Assembly (NCBI GenBank): GCA_035655515.1
Contig: DASRUI010000129.1
Location: 1 to 62,769, forward strand
From: Thermodesulfobacteriota bacterium
GTDB taxonomy: Bacteria; Desulfobacterota; GWC2-55-46; DRQE01
Length of the DNA stretch: 62,769 nucleotides
Direction: 5' to 3'
A program made the position numbers and the translations under genes. The notes under the pieces are model-generated. The model saw only the letters and a list, made by a program, of their open reading frames with translations. It was not told where the DNA came from and searched no databases. Shown here one piece after another: positions 37,979-46,533 of the stretch; the stretch's first letter is position 1, and each line of letters begins with the position of its first letter.

Positions 37979-38908
37979 ATGGCTCGCAAAAAGATAACGG
38001 TGGTAGGCGCCGGAAACGTAGGGGCTCAGACCGCCCTCTGGCTGGCGCAAAAGGAACTTGGCGACGTCTTGCTCCTTGACGTGGTCGAGGGCATGCCGCA
38101 GGGCAAATCCCTTGACATGATGCAGGCCTCGGCCATAGAAGGTTTCGACTCCAACATAACAGGCTCTAATGATTTTAAAGACATTTCCGGAAGCGACTTA
38201 GTCATCGTAACCGCCGGTCTCGCCAGAAAACCCGGTATGACGAGAGGCGACCTCATCGGGAAGAATATCGAGATAATGAAGGGCGTTATGGGGCATATCT
38301 CCGCCCGCTCGCCTCAGGCGATAGTCATAGTCGTAACCAATCCCCTTGACGTCATGGTTTACGGCGCGTGGAAACTCTCAGGCCTTCCTCCCGAGAGGAT
38401 TATAGGCATGGCAGGGGCATTGGATTCGGCGAGGCTTAGGGCTTTTATAGCAATGGAGCTCAAGGTTTCAATGAACGACGTGCAGGCAATGGTCATAGGC
38501 GGGCACGCGGACGAGATGGTGCCGTTGGAGCGGTATTCGACTGTTTCGGGCATACCCGTAACGCAACTTATAAGCAAGGTCAGATTTCAAGCAATGATGG
38601 AGAGGACAAAGGGGGCCGGAGGCGAGATTGTCGGGCTACTTAAGACAGGGAGCGCTTATTACGCGCCATCCGCCGCGGCCGCGGAGATGGCCGAGGCCAT
38701 AATAAAAGACAAAAAAAGGGTCATGCCCTGCGCGGCCTATTGTAACGGGGAATATGGCGTTAAAGGGCTTTACGTGGGCGTACCGGTAGTATTGGGCTCA
38801 AGAGGAGTTGAAAAGGTAATAGAGATTGAACTGAACGCGGATGAGAAAAAGGCCTTTGACCACTCGGTCGAAGCCATAAGGAAACTCGTTTCCGACTTAA
38901 ACGTATGA
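37979..38908 (+). CDS. mdh: Malate dehydrogenase (LDH-like type)
   Basis: KITVVGAGNVGAQTA ... DVVEGMPQGKSLD ... VTAGLARKPGMTRGDL ... VTNPLD ... IGGHADEMVP. Confidence 0.95.
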   Translation: MARKKITVVGAGNVGAQTALWLAQKELGDVLLLDVVEGMPQGKSLDMMQASAIEGFDSNITGSNDFKDISGSDLVIVTAGLARKPGMTRGDLIGKNIEIMKGVMGHISARSPQAIVIVVTNPLDVMVYGAWKLSGLPPERIIGMAGALDSARLRAFIAMELKVSMNDVQAMVIGGHADEMVPLERYSTVSGIPVTQLISKVRFQAMMERTKGAGGEIVGLLKTGSAYYAPSAAAAEMAEAIIKDKKRVMPCAAYCNGEYGVKGLYVGVPVVLGSRGVEKVIEIELNADEKKAFDHSVEAIRKLVSDLNV

Positions 38909-39744
38909 AAAGAACCATAACCGCCTCCGATATAACCAAAACAGTAAAAGAGCTTTGCGTAAAGGCGGCCTACGAACTCGAAGAGGACGTAAAAGACGCT
39001 CTTTCCGTTGCCTACTCCACCGAGGAATCCCCTCTCGGAAGGGAGATTTTGGGCGAGATAATCGAAAACTTCCGTATTGCCGGGCAAGGGGAGTTGCCTC
39101 TTTGCCAGGATACCGGTATAGCGGTATTTTTCGTGGACATCGGGCGCGACGTTTCAATGGACGGCTCTTTGGAGGATGCTATAAACGAGGGAGTGAGGCA
39201 GGGTTACGCCGGCGGGTATTTGAGAAAATCGGTCTGCGACCCTCTTACGAGAAAGAATACCAACGACAATACCCCCGCGATAATTCACGTTACGATTATC
39301 GAAGGCGATAAGGTAAGGATAAGGTTCGCGCCAAAGGGGGCGGGAAGCGAGAACATGAGCAGGCTAAAAATGCTTAAACCTGCCGAAGGCATTGACGGCA
39401 TAAAAAACTTCGTCATTGAGACAGTGAAAGAGGCCGGAGGCAATCCCTGTCCTCCGATAATCGTCGGAGTGGGCATAGGCGGGGATTTCGAGAAGTCCGC
39501 CATACTCGCGAAAGAGGCTCTTTTACGGCGCGTCGGAAGTCCTAATCCCGATAAAGAGGCAGGCGCAATCGAACGCGACTTGCTCGATAAGATAAATAAC
39601 CTTGGCATAGGGCCCATGGGTTTCGGCGGAAGGGCGACGGCCCTCGCCGTGCATATAAAGACCCACCCCTGCCACATAGCGAGCCTTCCGGTGGCGATAA
39701 ACATCCAGTGCCACGCCGACAGGCACAAAGAGGCGGAGATATAG
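38905..39744 (+). CDS. fumA: Class I (Fe-S) fumarate hydratase, alpha (N-terminal domain) subunit
   Basis: LCQDTGIAVFFVDIG ... GAGSENMS ... PPIIVGVGIGG. The start overlaps the mdh stop (ATGA). Confidence 0.9.
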   Translation: MKRTITASDITKTVKELCVKAAYELEEDVKDALSVAYSTEESPLGREILGEIIENFRIAGQGELPLCQDTGIAVFFVDIGRDVSMDGSLEDAINEGVRQGYAGGYLRKSVCDPLTRKNTNDNTPAIIHVTIIEGDKVRIRFAPKGAGSENMSRLKMLKPAEGIDGIKNFVIETVKEAGGNPCPPIIVGVGIGGDFEKSAILAKEALLRRVGSPNPDKEAGAIERDLLDKINNLGIGPMGFGGRATALAVHIKTHPCHIASLPVAINIQCHADRHKEAEI

Positions 39745-39778
39745 GGCGGTTATACTTGAGCGTTATGCGTGAAAAACG

Positions 39779-39873
39779 AGATTGCTTCCCCCCGTTTTCA
39801 CGGGGGCTTCGGCTCACTCGCTCGCAATGACTGTCATTGCGAGTCCCGATGCAACATCGGGACGAAGCAATCT
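39779..39873. repeat. Palindromic GTCATTGCGAG-family repeat (double unit) between the fumarase subunit genes
   Basis: gattgcttccccccgttttcacgggggcttcggctcactcgctcgcaatgactgtcattgcgagtcccgatgcaacatcgggacgaagcaatc. Confidence 0.75.
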
Positions 39874-39915
39874 CGGAGTTATATCAGTAAAAAATAAAAT
39901 AACCGATGACTATTT

Positions 39916-40473
39916 ATGAGCGATACGAAAAAAATAATCCTTCCGCTTAAAGACTCTGACATCGAGAATCTAAAGGCCGGAGACAGGGTTCTTTTAAGCG
40001 GTGTCATTTACACGGCAAGAGACGTGGCGCATAAAAGGCTTATCGAGCTTTTGGATAAGGGAGAGAAACTCCCGTTCGACGTGAAAGGGGAGGTTATCTA
40101 TTACGTAGGCCCGACTCCGGCCAAGCCCGGCTTTGTCATAGGCTCCGCCGGCCCGACCACGAGCGGCAGGATGGACGCTTATACGCCGAGGCTTCTTTCA
40201 TTGGGGCTTAAAGGCACGATAGGCAAGGGCCAGAGGTCGCCGGAGGTCATAGAGGCCATGAAAAAGCATAAGGCGATTTACATGGCGGCGGTAGGAGGGG
40301 CGGCGGCCGTCATCGCGAAGACCATAAAAAAGGCCGAGGTGGTCGCTTACGAGGATTTGGGCGCCGAGGCCATAAGAAGGCTTACGGTCGAGGACTTTCC
40401 CGCGATTGTTGTGAACGACATATACGGCGGAGACCTTTTCAAGCTCGGGGTGGAGAAGTATAAGAGGTCATGA
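39916..40473 (+). CDS. fumB: Class I fumarate hydratase, beta (C-terminal domain) subunit
   Basis: GDRVLLSGVIYTARDVAHKRL ... GPTTSGRMD ... GKGQRS ... typical Fe-S hydro-lyase beta subunit. Confidence 0.9.
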   Translation: MSDTKKIILPLKDSDIENLKAGDRVLLSGVIYTARDVAHKRLIELLDKGEKLPFDVKGEVIYYVGPTPAKPGFVIGSAGPTTSGRMDAYTPRLLSLGLKGTIGKGQRSPEVIEAMKKHKAIYMAAVGGAAAVIAKTIKKAEVVAYEDLGAEAIRRLTVEDFPAIVVNDIYGGDLFKLGVEKYKRS

Positions 40474-40568
40474 TGCGTTCGTAAAATATTCACCCTCCCC
40501 CTACCCCTCCCATTAAGGGAGGGGAGATTCATGGGTATTTCGGCAAGAGAAGTGCATTGAATGTAGTA

Positions 40569-40608
40569 ATCTCCCTCTCCCCTTGGGGGAGAGGGTTGGG
40601 GTGAGGGG
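40569..40608 (+). repeat. Hairpin repeat TCTCCCTCTCCCC-loop-GGGGAGAGGGTTGGGGTGAGGGG
   Basis: atctccctctccccttgggggagagggttggggtgagggg, 41 nt upstream of hdrC. Confidence 0.8.
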
Positions 40609-40649
40609 TAGTTACGCAGAATGAGACGCGGTAATTAAAGGTATTTACC

Positions 40650-41057
40650 ATGAATATAAAACTCGTAAACAAGGCCTTAAAAAGCCCTGAAATCGAACTC
40701 GTGGAGAAGGTAAGCTCCGAGACGATTGCGAAGTGCTACCAGTGCGGTAATTGCACCGGCGGCTGTCCGGTGTCTTACGCCATGGACCTTCCCCCGACCC
40801 GGATGATAAGGGCATTGCAACTCGGCAGGTTCGATGAGGCCGCATCCGCCGAGTCCATGTGGATTTGCGTCGGATGCCTTCAGTGCTATTCGAGATGCCC
40901 GCAGGGCGTGAGCGCGGCCAATATATTCGAGGCTCTTCGGCAGTTGTCTTTAAGGAGCGGGCGCGACAAGAAGGAGATAAAAGACATACCGATCGAGTTT
41001 TTGAAGAAGGCGCCGCAGCAGGCAATAGTGTGCGGGTTCAGGAAGTTCGTGGGTTGA
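40650..41057 (+). CDS. hdrC: Heterodisulfide reductase subunit C-like 2x[4Fe-4S] protein
   Basis: CYQCGNCTGGCP and CVGCLQCYSRCP motifs, 135 aa, directly upstream of hdrB. Confidence 0.8.
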   Translation: MNIKLVNKALKSPEIELVEKVSSETIAKCYQCGNCTGGCPVSYAMDLPPTRMIRALQLGRFDEAASAESMWICVGCLQCYSRCPQGVSAANIFEALRQLSLRSGRDKKEIKDIPIEFLKKAPQQAIVCGFRKFVG

Positions 41058-41147
41058 CTCCGAAGGCGAAGGACTTAGGGGACTGTCCCAGATTTACGGA
41101 CGGAGCGAAGCGGAGTCGTAGAATCGGGACTGTCCCCGGAACAAATT

Positions 41148-42014
41148 ATGAAGATACCCTATTATCCGGGATGCACCTTAAATACGGTCGCAAAGGCCTT
41201 TGACGTATCCGCGAGGGAGAGCGCGCTCGCGTTGGGCTTCGAGATGCAGGAGTTGCCTCAGTGGAATTGCTGCGGCGCGGCCTTTCCTCTTACTCCGGAT
41301 AATATAATGGGCTTGACCGCTCCGGCAAAGGTCTTGACAGAGGCGAGGGCTTTGGGCGATAGCGTGGTTACCCTCTGTAGCGTCTGCTATAACGTGCTTA
41401 AGCGCACGAATAAGGTTTTAAAGGACGACAAGGAAAAAAGAGGCGTCGTGAACGGCTTCATGGAGCGCGATTACGACGGAAGTTTGAGCGTGGTGCATTA
41501 TCTCGAAGTTTTGAGGGACAAGGTCGGTTTCGATAACGTCAAGAAATCCGTAAAAAGGCCTCTTAAAGGCATTAAGGCGGGCGCTTATTACGGGTGCATG
41601 CTCCTCAGGCCTTTCGAGGACATGGGCATAGACAGGCACGAGGGGCCGACCATAATCGAAGACCTTCTTTCCGCCCTCGGATGCGCTCCCGTTGATTTTC
41701 CGAATAAGATAGAGTGCTGCGGAGCGCACCTTTCCATGTCAAGGACCGACGTGGTGGAAAAACTCTCGACAAGCGTAATGCAGTCGGCCGTCAGAAACGG
41801 CGCCGAGGTTATTGTGACGAGTTGCCCTCTTTGCCAGTACAACTTAGAGATGAGCCAGACTAAGGCCATTGAAACAGTAGCGGGTTATAAGCAGATTCCG
41901 GTAGTTTACTTTACGCAACTCCTCGGATTGGCGTTAGGCCAGACCGAAGATATAGCGGGGTTTAACAGCAACAAATGGGACGCAAGACCGCTCCTTAGGG
42001 AAAGGGGAGTGTGA
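41148..42014 (+). CDS. hdrB: Heterodisulfide reductase subunit B-like (two CCG domains)
   Basis: YYPGCTL ... WNCCGA and YYGCMLLRP ... IECCGA ... SCPLCQ cysteine-rich CCG motifs. Confidence 0.85.
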   Translation: MKIPYYPGCTLNTVAKAFDVSARESALALGFEMQELPQWNCCGAAFPLTPDNIMGLTAPAKVLTEARALGDSVVTLCSVCYNVLKRTNKVLKDDKEKRGVVNGFMERDYDGSLSVVHYLEVLRDKVGFDNVKKSVKRPLKGIKAGAYYGCMLLRPFEDMGIDRHEGPTIIEDLLSALGCAPVDFPNKIECCGAHLSMSRTDVVEKLSTSVMQSAVRNGAEVIVTSCPLCQYNLEMSQTKAIETVAGYKQIPVVYFTQLLGLALGQTEDIAGFNSNKWDARPLLRERGV

Positions 42015-42015
42015 A

Positions 42016-42489
42016 ATGGATAAGCGTTGGGGAGGAGAATTTTTCAAGGAAGAGTTAAAAGAAAAATTTAAAAAAGGTGGAGAAGAAAATCTCACTTTTA
42101 AGCGGAAAGGCGGTAAGGATTTTTGGGAAGTAAAAAACGAACCCAATGAAAAAACTATAAGTTTTCGGATTAAATCAAGCAAGAGTTATGAAAAGGATGA
42201 TGGGTGGGATGGGTGGTATAGAGTAACTGAAGAAGGTTTAGAAGAAAACGAATCCGATTTCTGGGTTTTTTGTTTTAAAGAAAAAGAAGAAAAGCGGCAT
42301 TGCGTTATTGTTCCGTACGAAGAGTTTAAGAGTTTTATGAAGAAGCATGGTGATTTTAGCAAACAATTTAATTTTGGTATTAAGTTGACCGAGGACGGCA
42401 AGTTGAAGACAATAGGCAGCGTTAAAGAGGATTACTCGGATTATTTAGACGACAAAGGGCGGGATTTGATTAAAAAAGCGTTTGCCTGA
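42016..42489 (+). CDS. Hypothetical Lys/Glu-rich protein, low-GC insertion inside the hdr operon
   Basis: 157-aa ORF starting 1 nt after the hdrB stop. A sampled line is about 35% GC against about 60% for its neighbours. No family recognised. Confidence 0.55.
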   Translation: MDKRWGGEFFKEELKEKFKKGGEENLTFKRKGGKDFWEVKNEPNEKTISFRIKSSKSYEKDDGWDGWYRVTEEGLEENESDFWVFCFKEKEEKRHCVIVPYEEFKSFMKKHGDFSKQFNFGIKLTEDGKLKTIGSVKEDYSDYLDDKGRDLIKKAFA

Positions 42490-42490
42490 A

Positions 42491-42553
42491 ATCTCCCTCT
42501 CCCGGGGAGCCCGCGCCAAGCGGCGTGGGTCTGGAGAGGGTTGGGGTGAGGGG
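42491..42553 (+). repeat. Hairpin repeat (TCTCCCTCTCCC...GGAGAGGGTTGGGGTGAGGGG) with a second palindrome nested in its loop
   Basis: atctccctctcccggggagcccgcgccaagcggcgtgggtctggagagggttggggtgagggg, ending 16 nt before the hdrA ATG. Confidence 0.8.
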
Positions 42554-42569
42554 TAATAAGGAGCAGATT

Positions 42570-44543
42570 ATGCCGCGTATAGGCGTATTTGTTTGTCAGT
42601 GCGGAAATAACATAGAGTCAACGGTCGACACCAAGAAGGTGGCCGAAGATATATCGGCCGTGCCCGGGGTGGCGTTCACGTGTTCCTACAAGTTCATGTG
42701 TTCCGCGCCCGGACAGGAGATGTTCAAAAACGCCATAAAGGAGCATAAACTCGACGGCGTGGTCGTATCGGCCTGCTCTCCTCACATGCACGAAAAGACC
42801 TTCAGAAAGGCCGCCGAGGCCGCCGGGCTTAACCCCTTTAAGTGCGAGATAACGAACATCCGCGAGCAGTGCTCATGGGTGCACCACGACACCACGAAGG
42901 CCGCCGGTACGCCGAAGAGCATCGACCTGACGCGCATGACGGTAGAGAGGCTTAAAAGAAATAAAAACCTCAAAAAGATAAAGATACCCATAACAAAAAG
43001 GGCGCTCGTCATAGGCGGCGGAATCGCGGGCATTCAGGCGGCGCTGGACATAGCGGACGGAGGAATGGAGGTCGTGATAGTCGAGAGAGAGCCGTCAATC
43101 GGAGGCAACATGGCGCGCCTTTCCGAGACATTCCCGACAATGGACTGCTCTCAGTGCATCATGACCCCGAAGATGGTCGAGGCGCAGCTTAACGAGAAGA
43201 TAAAACTCTACACCTACTCCGAGGTCGAGAAGGTTGACGGCTATATAGGGAACTTCACGGTCAGGATAAAGAAGAAGGCAAAGTACGTGAACGAGGACCT
43301 CTGCACCGGGTGCGGCGAATGCGTTGAAAAATGCCCGTTCAAGGCCGGAAGCGAATTCGAATTGGGACTCAGCAAAAGAAAGGTCATCTACACGCCGTTT
43401 CCTCAGGCCGTTCCGAACATACCCGTGATAGACGCCCCGAATTGCGCCATGCTCCAGAAGGGCAAATGCGGGATATGCGCCAAGGTCTGCGGGCCCAAGG
43501 CAATAGACTTCGAGCAGAAGGACGAATTTGTAACCGAAAAATTCGGCGCGATAGTCGTGGCCACGGGCTTTGAGCTCATGCCGAACGAGAGGTTCGGAGA
43601 GTACGGATACGGAAAGATTAAGGACGTCATAAACGGGCTTCAGTTCGAACGTTTGGCGTCTTCATCCGGCCCGACCGGAGGCGAGATAAGGCGCCCGTCC
43701 GACGGAAAAATCCCGGAGACAATCGTTTTTCTCCAGTGCGTCGGGTCGAGGGACGAGGCAAAGGGGGTTTCTTATTGCTCGAAGATTTGTTGCATGTACA
43801 CGGCCAAGCACACGATGCTCTACAAGCACAAGGTTCACCACGGACAGGCATACGTCTTCTATATGGACATAAGAAGCGGCGGAAAACGTTACGAAGAATT
43901 CGTCCGCAGGGCCATAGAGCATGAAGGGGCGATGTATCTAAGGAGCCGCGTTTCGAGGGTTTACGAAAAGGACGGAAAAATCATGGTGCAGGGCGCCGAT
44001 ACCTTGAGCGGAACCCAGGTCGAGATAGAGGCCGACATGGTTGTTTTGGCCACAGCCATTGTTTCAAGAAAAGGCGCGGACAGCTTCGCGCAAAAGCTCG
44101 GCATAAGTTACGACAAGCACGGCTTTTATAACGAGTATCATCCGAAACTTAAGCCCGTCGAGACGGTAACGGCCGGGATTTTTCTCGCCGGAACCGCCGT
44201 CGGGCCAATGGACATACCGGAATCAGTGAGCATGGGGAGCGCCTCGGCAAGCAAGGTCTTGGCTCTTTTTTCGAATAGCGAGATGATGAGGGAGCCGATA
44301 GTGGCCGGAGTGAACGCGGCGAGTTGCAACGCCTGCTGGGATTGCGTAACGGCCTGTCCTTATTCGGCCATAGAAAAATTCGCCGTGAAGAACAGGCAGG
44401 GCGAGACAATAAGGTGGCACGCGAAGGTCAACGAAGGGGTTTGTCAGGGTTGCGGGGTTTGCGTGGCGGCTTGCAGGAGCAAGGTCATTGATTTGGCGGG
44501 GTATACGGACGAGCAGGTTTATGCGGCTATAAACGCCTTTTAG
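42570..44543 (+). CDS. hdrA: Heterodisulfide reductase subunit A-like FAD/Fe-S protein
   Basis: ATG at 42570 with AAGGAG upstream. RIGVFVCQCGNNI, FAD motif ALVIGGGIAGIQAALDIA, CTGCGECVEKCP, CGICAKVC, CSKICC, and C-terminal CNACWDCVTACP / CQGCGVCVAAC. Confidence 0.9.
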   Translation: MPRIGVFVCQCGNNIESTVDTKKVAEDISAVPGVAFTCSYKFMCSAPGQEMFKNAIKEHKLDGVVVSACSPHMHEKTFRKAAEAAGLNPFKCEITNIREQCSWVHHDTTKAAGTPKSIDLTRMTVERLKRNKNLKKIKIPITKRALVIGGGIAGIQAALDIADGGMEVVIVEREPSIGGNMARLSETFPTMDCSQCIMTPKMVEAQLNEKIKLYTYSEVEKVDGYIGNFTVRIKKKAKYVNEDLCTGCGECVEKCPFKAGSEFELGLSKRKVIYTPFPQAVPNIPVIDAPNCAMLQKGKCGICAKVCGPKAIDFEQKDEFVTEKFGAIVVATGFELMPNERFGEYGYGKIKDVINGLQFERLASSSGPTGGEIRRPSDGKIPETIVFLQCVGSRDEAKGVSYCSKICCMYTAKHTMLYKHKVHHGQAYVFYMDIRSGGKRYEEFVRRAIEHEGAMYLRSRVSRVYEKDGKIMVQGADTLSGTQVEIEADMVVLATAIVSRKGADSFAQKLGISYDKHGFYNEYHPKLKPVETVTAGIFLAGTAVGPMDIPESVSMGSASASKVLALFSNSEMMREPIVAGVNAASCNACWDCVTACPYSAIEKFAVKNRQGETIRWHAKVNEGVCQGCGVCVAACRSKVIDLAGYTDEQVYAAINAF

Positions 44544-44740
44544 GAGTTAATGCGTATAAACGCCCGTCTGCTTTGTCAGGACTTCGGATTCGAATCCTCA
44601 CATACTATAAAAGTATGCTCCGGTTCGATTCCGACCCGCCCTTTGGGCGGGTGCCCCGCTTTCGCGCATCCGGACGTTTCTCCGCATTAACTGCGCATTC
44701 GGAAGACGTGAGGGTATTTAAAGAATGAACGAAGAGATTT

Positions 44741-44812
44741 GTAGGGTGGGCATTGCCCACCATTTATAGAGAAGCAAATGGCTAATGTTTTGGTGGGCGG
44801 TGCCCACCCTAC
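44741..44812. repeat. MITE-like GTAGGGTGGGC element (72-bp variant) between hdrA and mvhD
   Basis: gtagggtgggcattgcccaccatttatagagaagcaaatggctaatgttttggtgggcggtgcccaccctac. Confidence 0.8.
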
Positions 44813-44846
44813 AAAATTAAGTAAGGTTTTGAAATGAGGAAGCGAT

Positions 44847-45311
44847 ATGGAAGATAATTTACCGATAACTGATAACCGTCAACCGATAACCGCTTTCGAG
44901 CCCAAGATAATGGCCTTTGTGTGCAACTGGTGCACTTACGCCGGGGCTGATTTGGCCGGCACTTCGAGGATGGAGTACAGGCCGAACGTGCGCATCATAA
45001 AATTTCCCTGCACCGGAAGGATTGACCCGCTCTTCATAATAAAGGCGTTTGAAAACGGCGCGGACGGGATATTGGTTTCGGGCTGCCATCCCGGAGACTG
45101 CCACTATACCACGGGCAATTATCACGCGCGGAGAAGGTGGATAGCGTTCAAGGAACTCATGGAATTCACGGGAATAGATTTAAGAAGGCTTCATTTTTCG
45201 TGGGTGTCGGCCTCAGAGGCCATAAAGTGGGTTGATTTGATAAATAATATCACCGATGACGTAAAAAAATTAGGCCCGTTTATCGAGTACAAGGGGCTTA
45301 AGGGGAGGTAG
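44847..45311 (+). CDS. mvhD: Methyl-viologen-reducing hydrogenase delta subunit-like protein (MvhD/FlxD)
   Basis: IMAFVCNWCTYAGADLAG ... IKFPCTGRIDP ... GADGILVSGCHPGDCHY, the typical MvhD/FlpD domain. Confidence 0.85.
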   Translation: MEDNLPITDNRQPITAFEPKIMAFVCNWCTYAGADLAGTSRMEYRPNVRIIKFPCTGRIDPLFIIKAFENGADGILVSGCHPGDCHYTTGNYHARRRWIAFKELMEFTGIDLRRLHFSWVSASEAIKWVDLINNITDDVKKLGPFIEYKGLKGR

Positions 45312-45315
45312 GGTC

Positions 45316-45525
45316 ATGGAAGTTACTTTGAGCATGATAATAGTGGAACTTGAAGACGGAAGTTTCAGGGCCGATTGTCCGGAATTCGATTTTTCCGCAG
45401 TCGGCAAAAACGAAGGAGAGGCGTCGGCGAATCTAAAGGCAGAGGCCGCGAGGCGCGCGAAAGAGGCGAAAGGCTCTTTTACGATAAATAAGGTCAAGTG
45501 CATGAAGTTTAAAGTGAACGCGTAG
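45316..45525 (+). CDS. Small hypothetical protein, possibly HicB/UPF0150-fold
   Basis: 69-aa ORF 4 nt after the mvhD stop. IIVELEDGSFRADCPEFDFSAVGKNEGEASANLKAEA resembles the HicB_N pattern. Confidence 0.4.
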   Translation: MEVTLSMIIVELEDGSFRADCPEFDFSAVGKNEGEASANLKAEAARRAKEAKGSFTINKVKCMKFKVNA

Positions 45526-45531
45526 GGGAAC

Positions 45532-46425
45532 ATGGAAAACGCGATAAGACAAAAGGCAAAGGAACTCCTTGAAAAAGGAGAGGTGAAGGTCGTAGTTGGT
45601 TACGGCTGGAATAAGGCCAAAACGCGCGCCACCCCTGTTTTCATAACAAAGCCGGAGGACGCGGAAAAACTCGTGTTTAATCCCCTTTGCGTGAATAACC
45701 TCTCGCTCTATCTCACGAGGAAGCATAACGAGATAAAGGCCCTTGGCCGCCCCGCGATAGTCGCGAAGGGTTGCGACATAAAAACTATCGCTGTTTTGAT
45801 TGCCGAGGGGCAGTTGAAGAGAGAAGACGTTTACATAATAGGCGTTACCTGTAACGGGGTCGCTTATAAGCAGGAACTCTTTAAGCACGAACTTAAGCCC
45901 GAGATAATGCCGACCAAGTGTCATAACTGCGACGTGAGGAATCCGCATATCGCGGACTTTATTGTCGGCGAGAAGTCTTCTTTTGTTCCTCCTGACGCCC
46001 CGACCGGAATGGTGTTCGACAAGATAAAAGAGATAGACAGGCTGAGTCTTTCCGAAAGGCGGGAGTTCTGGCAGGGGCATTTTTCGAGGTGCGTCAAGTG
46101 TTACGCCTGCAGCAAGGTTTGCCCTCTCTGCTATTGCGAGAGGTGCATAGCGGAAAAGAACGTGCCTCAGTGGATAGAAACCTCGGCCCATCCGAGAGGC
46201 AACCTTGCGTGGAACCTCATACGGGCCATGCACCTTACGGGAAGGTGCACGTTTTGCGGCGAGTGCGAGAGGTCGTGCCCGGTGAACATTCCTCTTAACC
46301 TCGTTAACCAGAAGATGTCGCTCACGGTGAAGGAGGCGTTCGATTATAAATCGGGCTATGACCCGGACGCGCATCCTCCTCTCATAGTATTTAATCCCGA
46401 TGATAAAGAGGATTTCATAAAGTGA
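45532..46425 (+). CDS. 2x[4Fe-4S] iron-sulfur protein (FlxC/FlxB-like)
   Basis: CVKCYACSKVCPLC and CTFCGECERSCPVN ferredoxin motifs. Position matches Flx-type Fe-S subunits next to MvhD/HdrA. Confidence 0.65.
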   Translation: MENAIRQKAKELLEKGEVKVVVGYGWNKAKTRATPVFITKPEDAEKLVFNPLCVNNLSLYLTRKHNEIKALGRPAIVAKGCDIKTIAVLIAEGQLKREDVYIIGVTCNGVAYKQELFKHELKPEIMPTKCHNCDVRNPHIADFIVGEKSSFVPPDAPTGMVFDKIKEIDRLSLSERREFWQGHFSRCVKCYACSKVCPLCYCERCIAEKNVPQWIETSAHPRGNLAWNLIRAMHLTGRCTFCGECERSCPVNIPLNLVNQKMSLTVKEAFDYKSGYDPDAHPPLIVFNPDDKEDFIK

Positions 46426-46434
46426 CCCTTTAGG

Positions 46435-46485
46435 GTCATTGCGAGCGAGTGAGCCGAAGCCCCGTGAAAACGGGGGAAGCAATCT
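46435..46485. repeat. GTCATTGCGAG-family palindromic repeat
   Basis: gtcattgcgagcgagtgagccgaagccccgtgaaaacgggggaagcaatc. This is the inverse of the left half of the 39779 copy. Confidence 0.75.
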
Positions 46486-46533
46486 TTCGAAATAAATAAA
46501 AGCATCCGGTATTTTTGAGCGTGAAATGGATAG

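Noticed and set aside
44590-44640. tRNA-like T-loop strings (ggattcgaatcc and ggttcgattccgacc) between hdrA and mvhD.
   Set aside because: The flanks do not form a 5-bp T-stem (TCCGG versus CCGAC). No acceptor or anticodon arms can be drawn. The segment is part of a repeat mosaic.
45433-46482. Long antisense ORFs opposite well-supported genes. Examples are 45433-46482(-), 47223-48203(-), 49497-50159(-), 50199-51140(-), 52509-53687(-), 17400-18158(+), 18183-19070(+), 12506-13081(-) and 33479-34099(+).
   Set aside because: Their translations are Arg/Gly/Pro-rich low-complexity sequence typical of the shadow frame of GC-rich genes. Each is fully covered by a gene with clear family motifs on the other strand.
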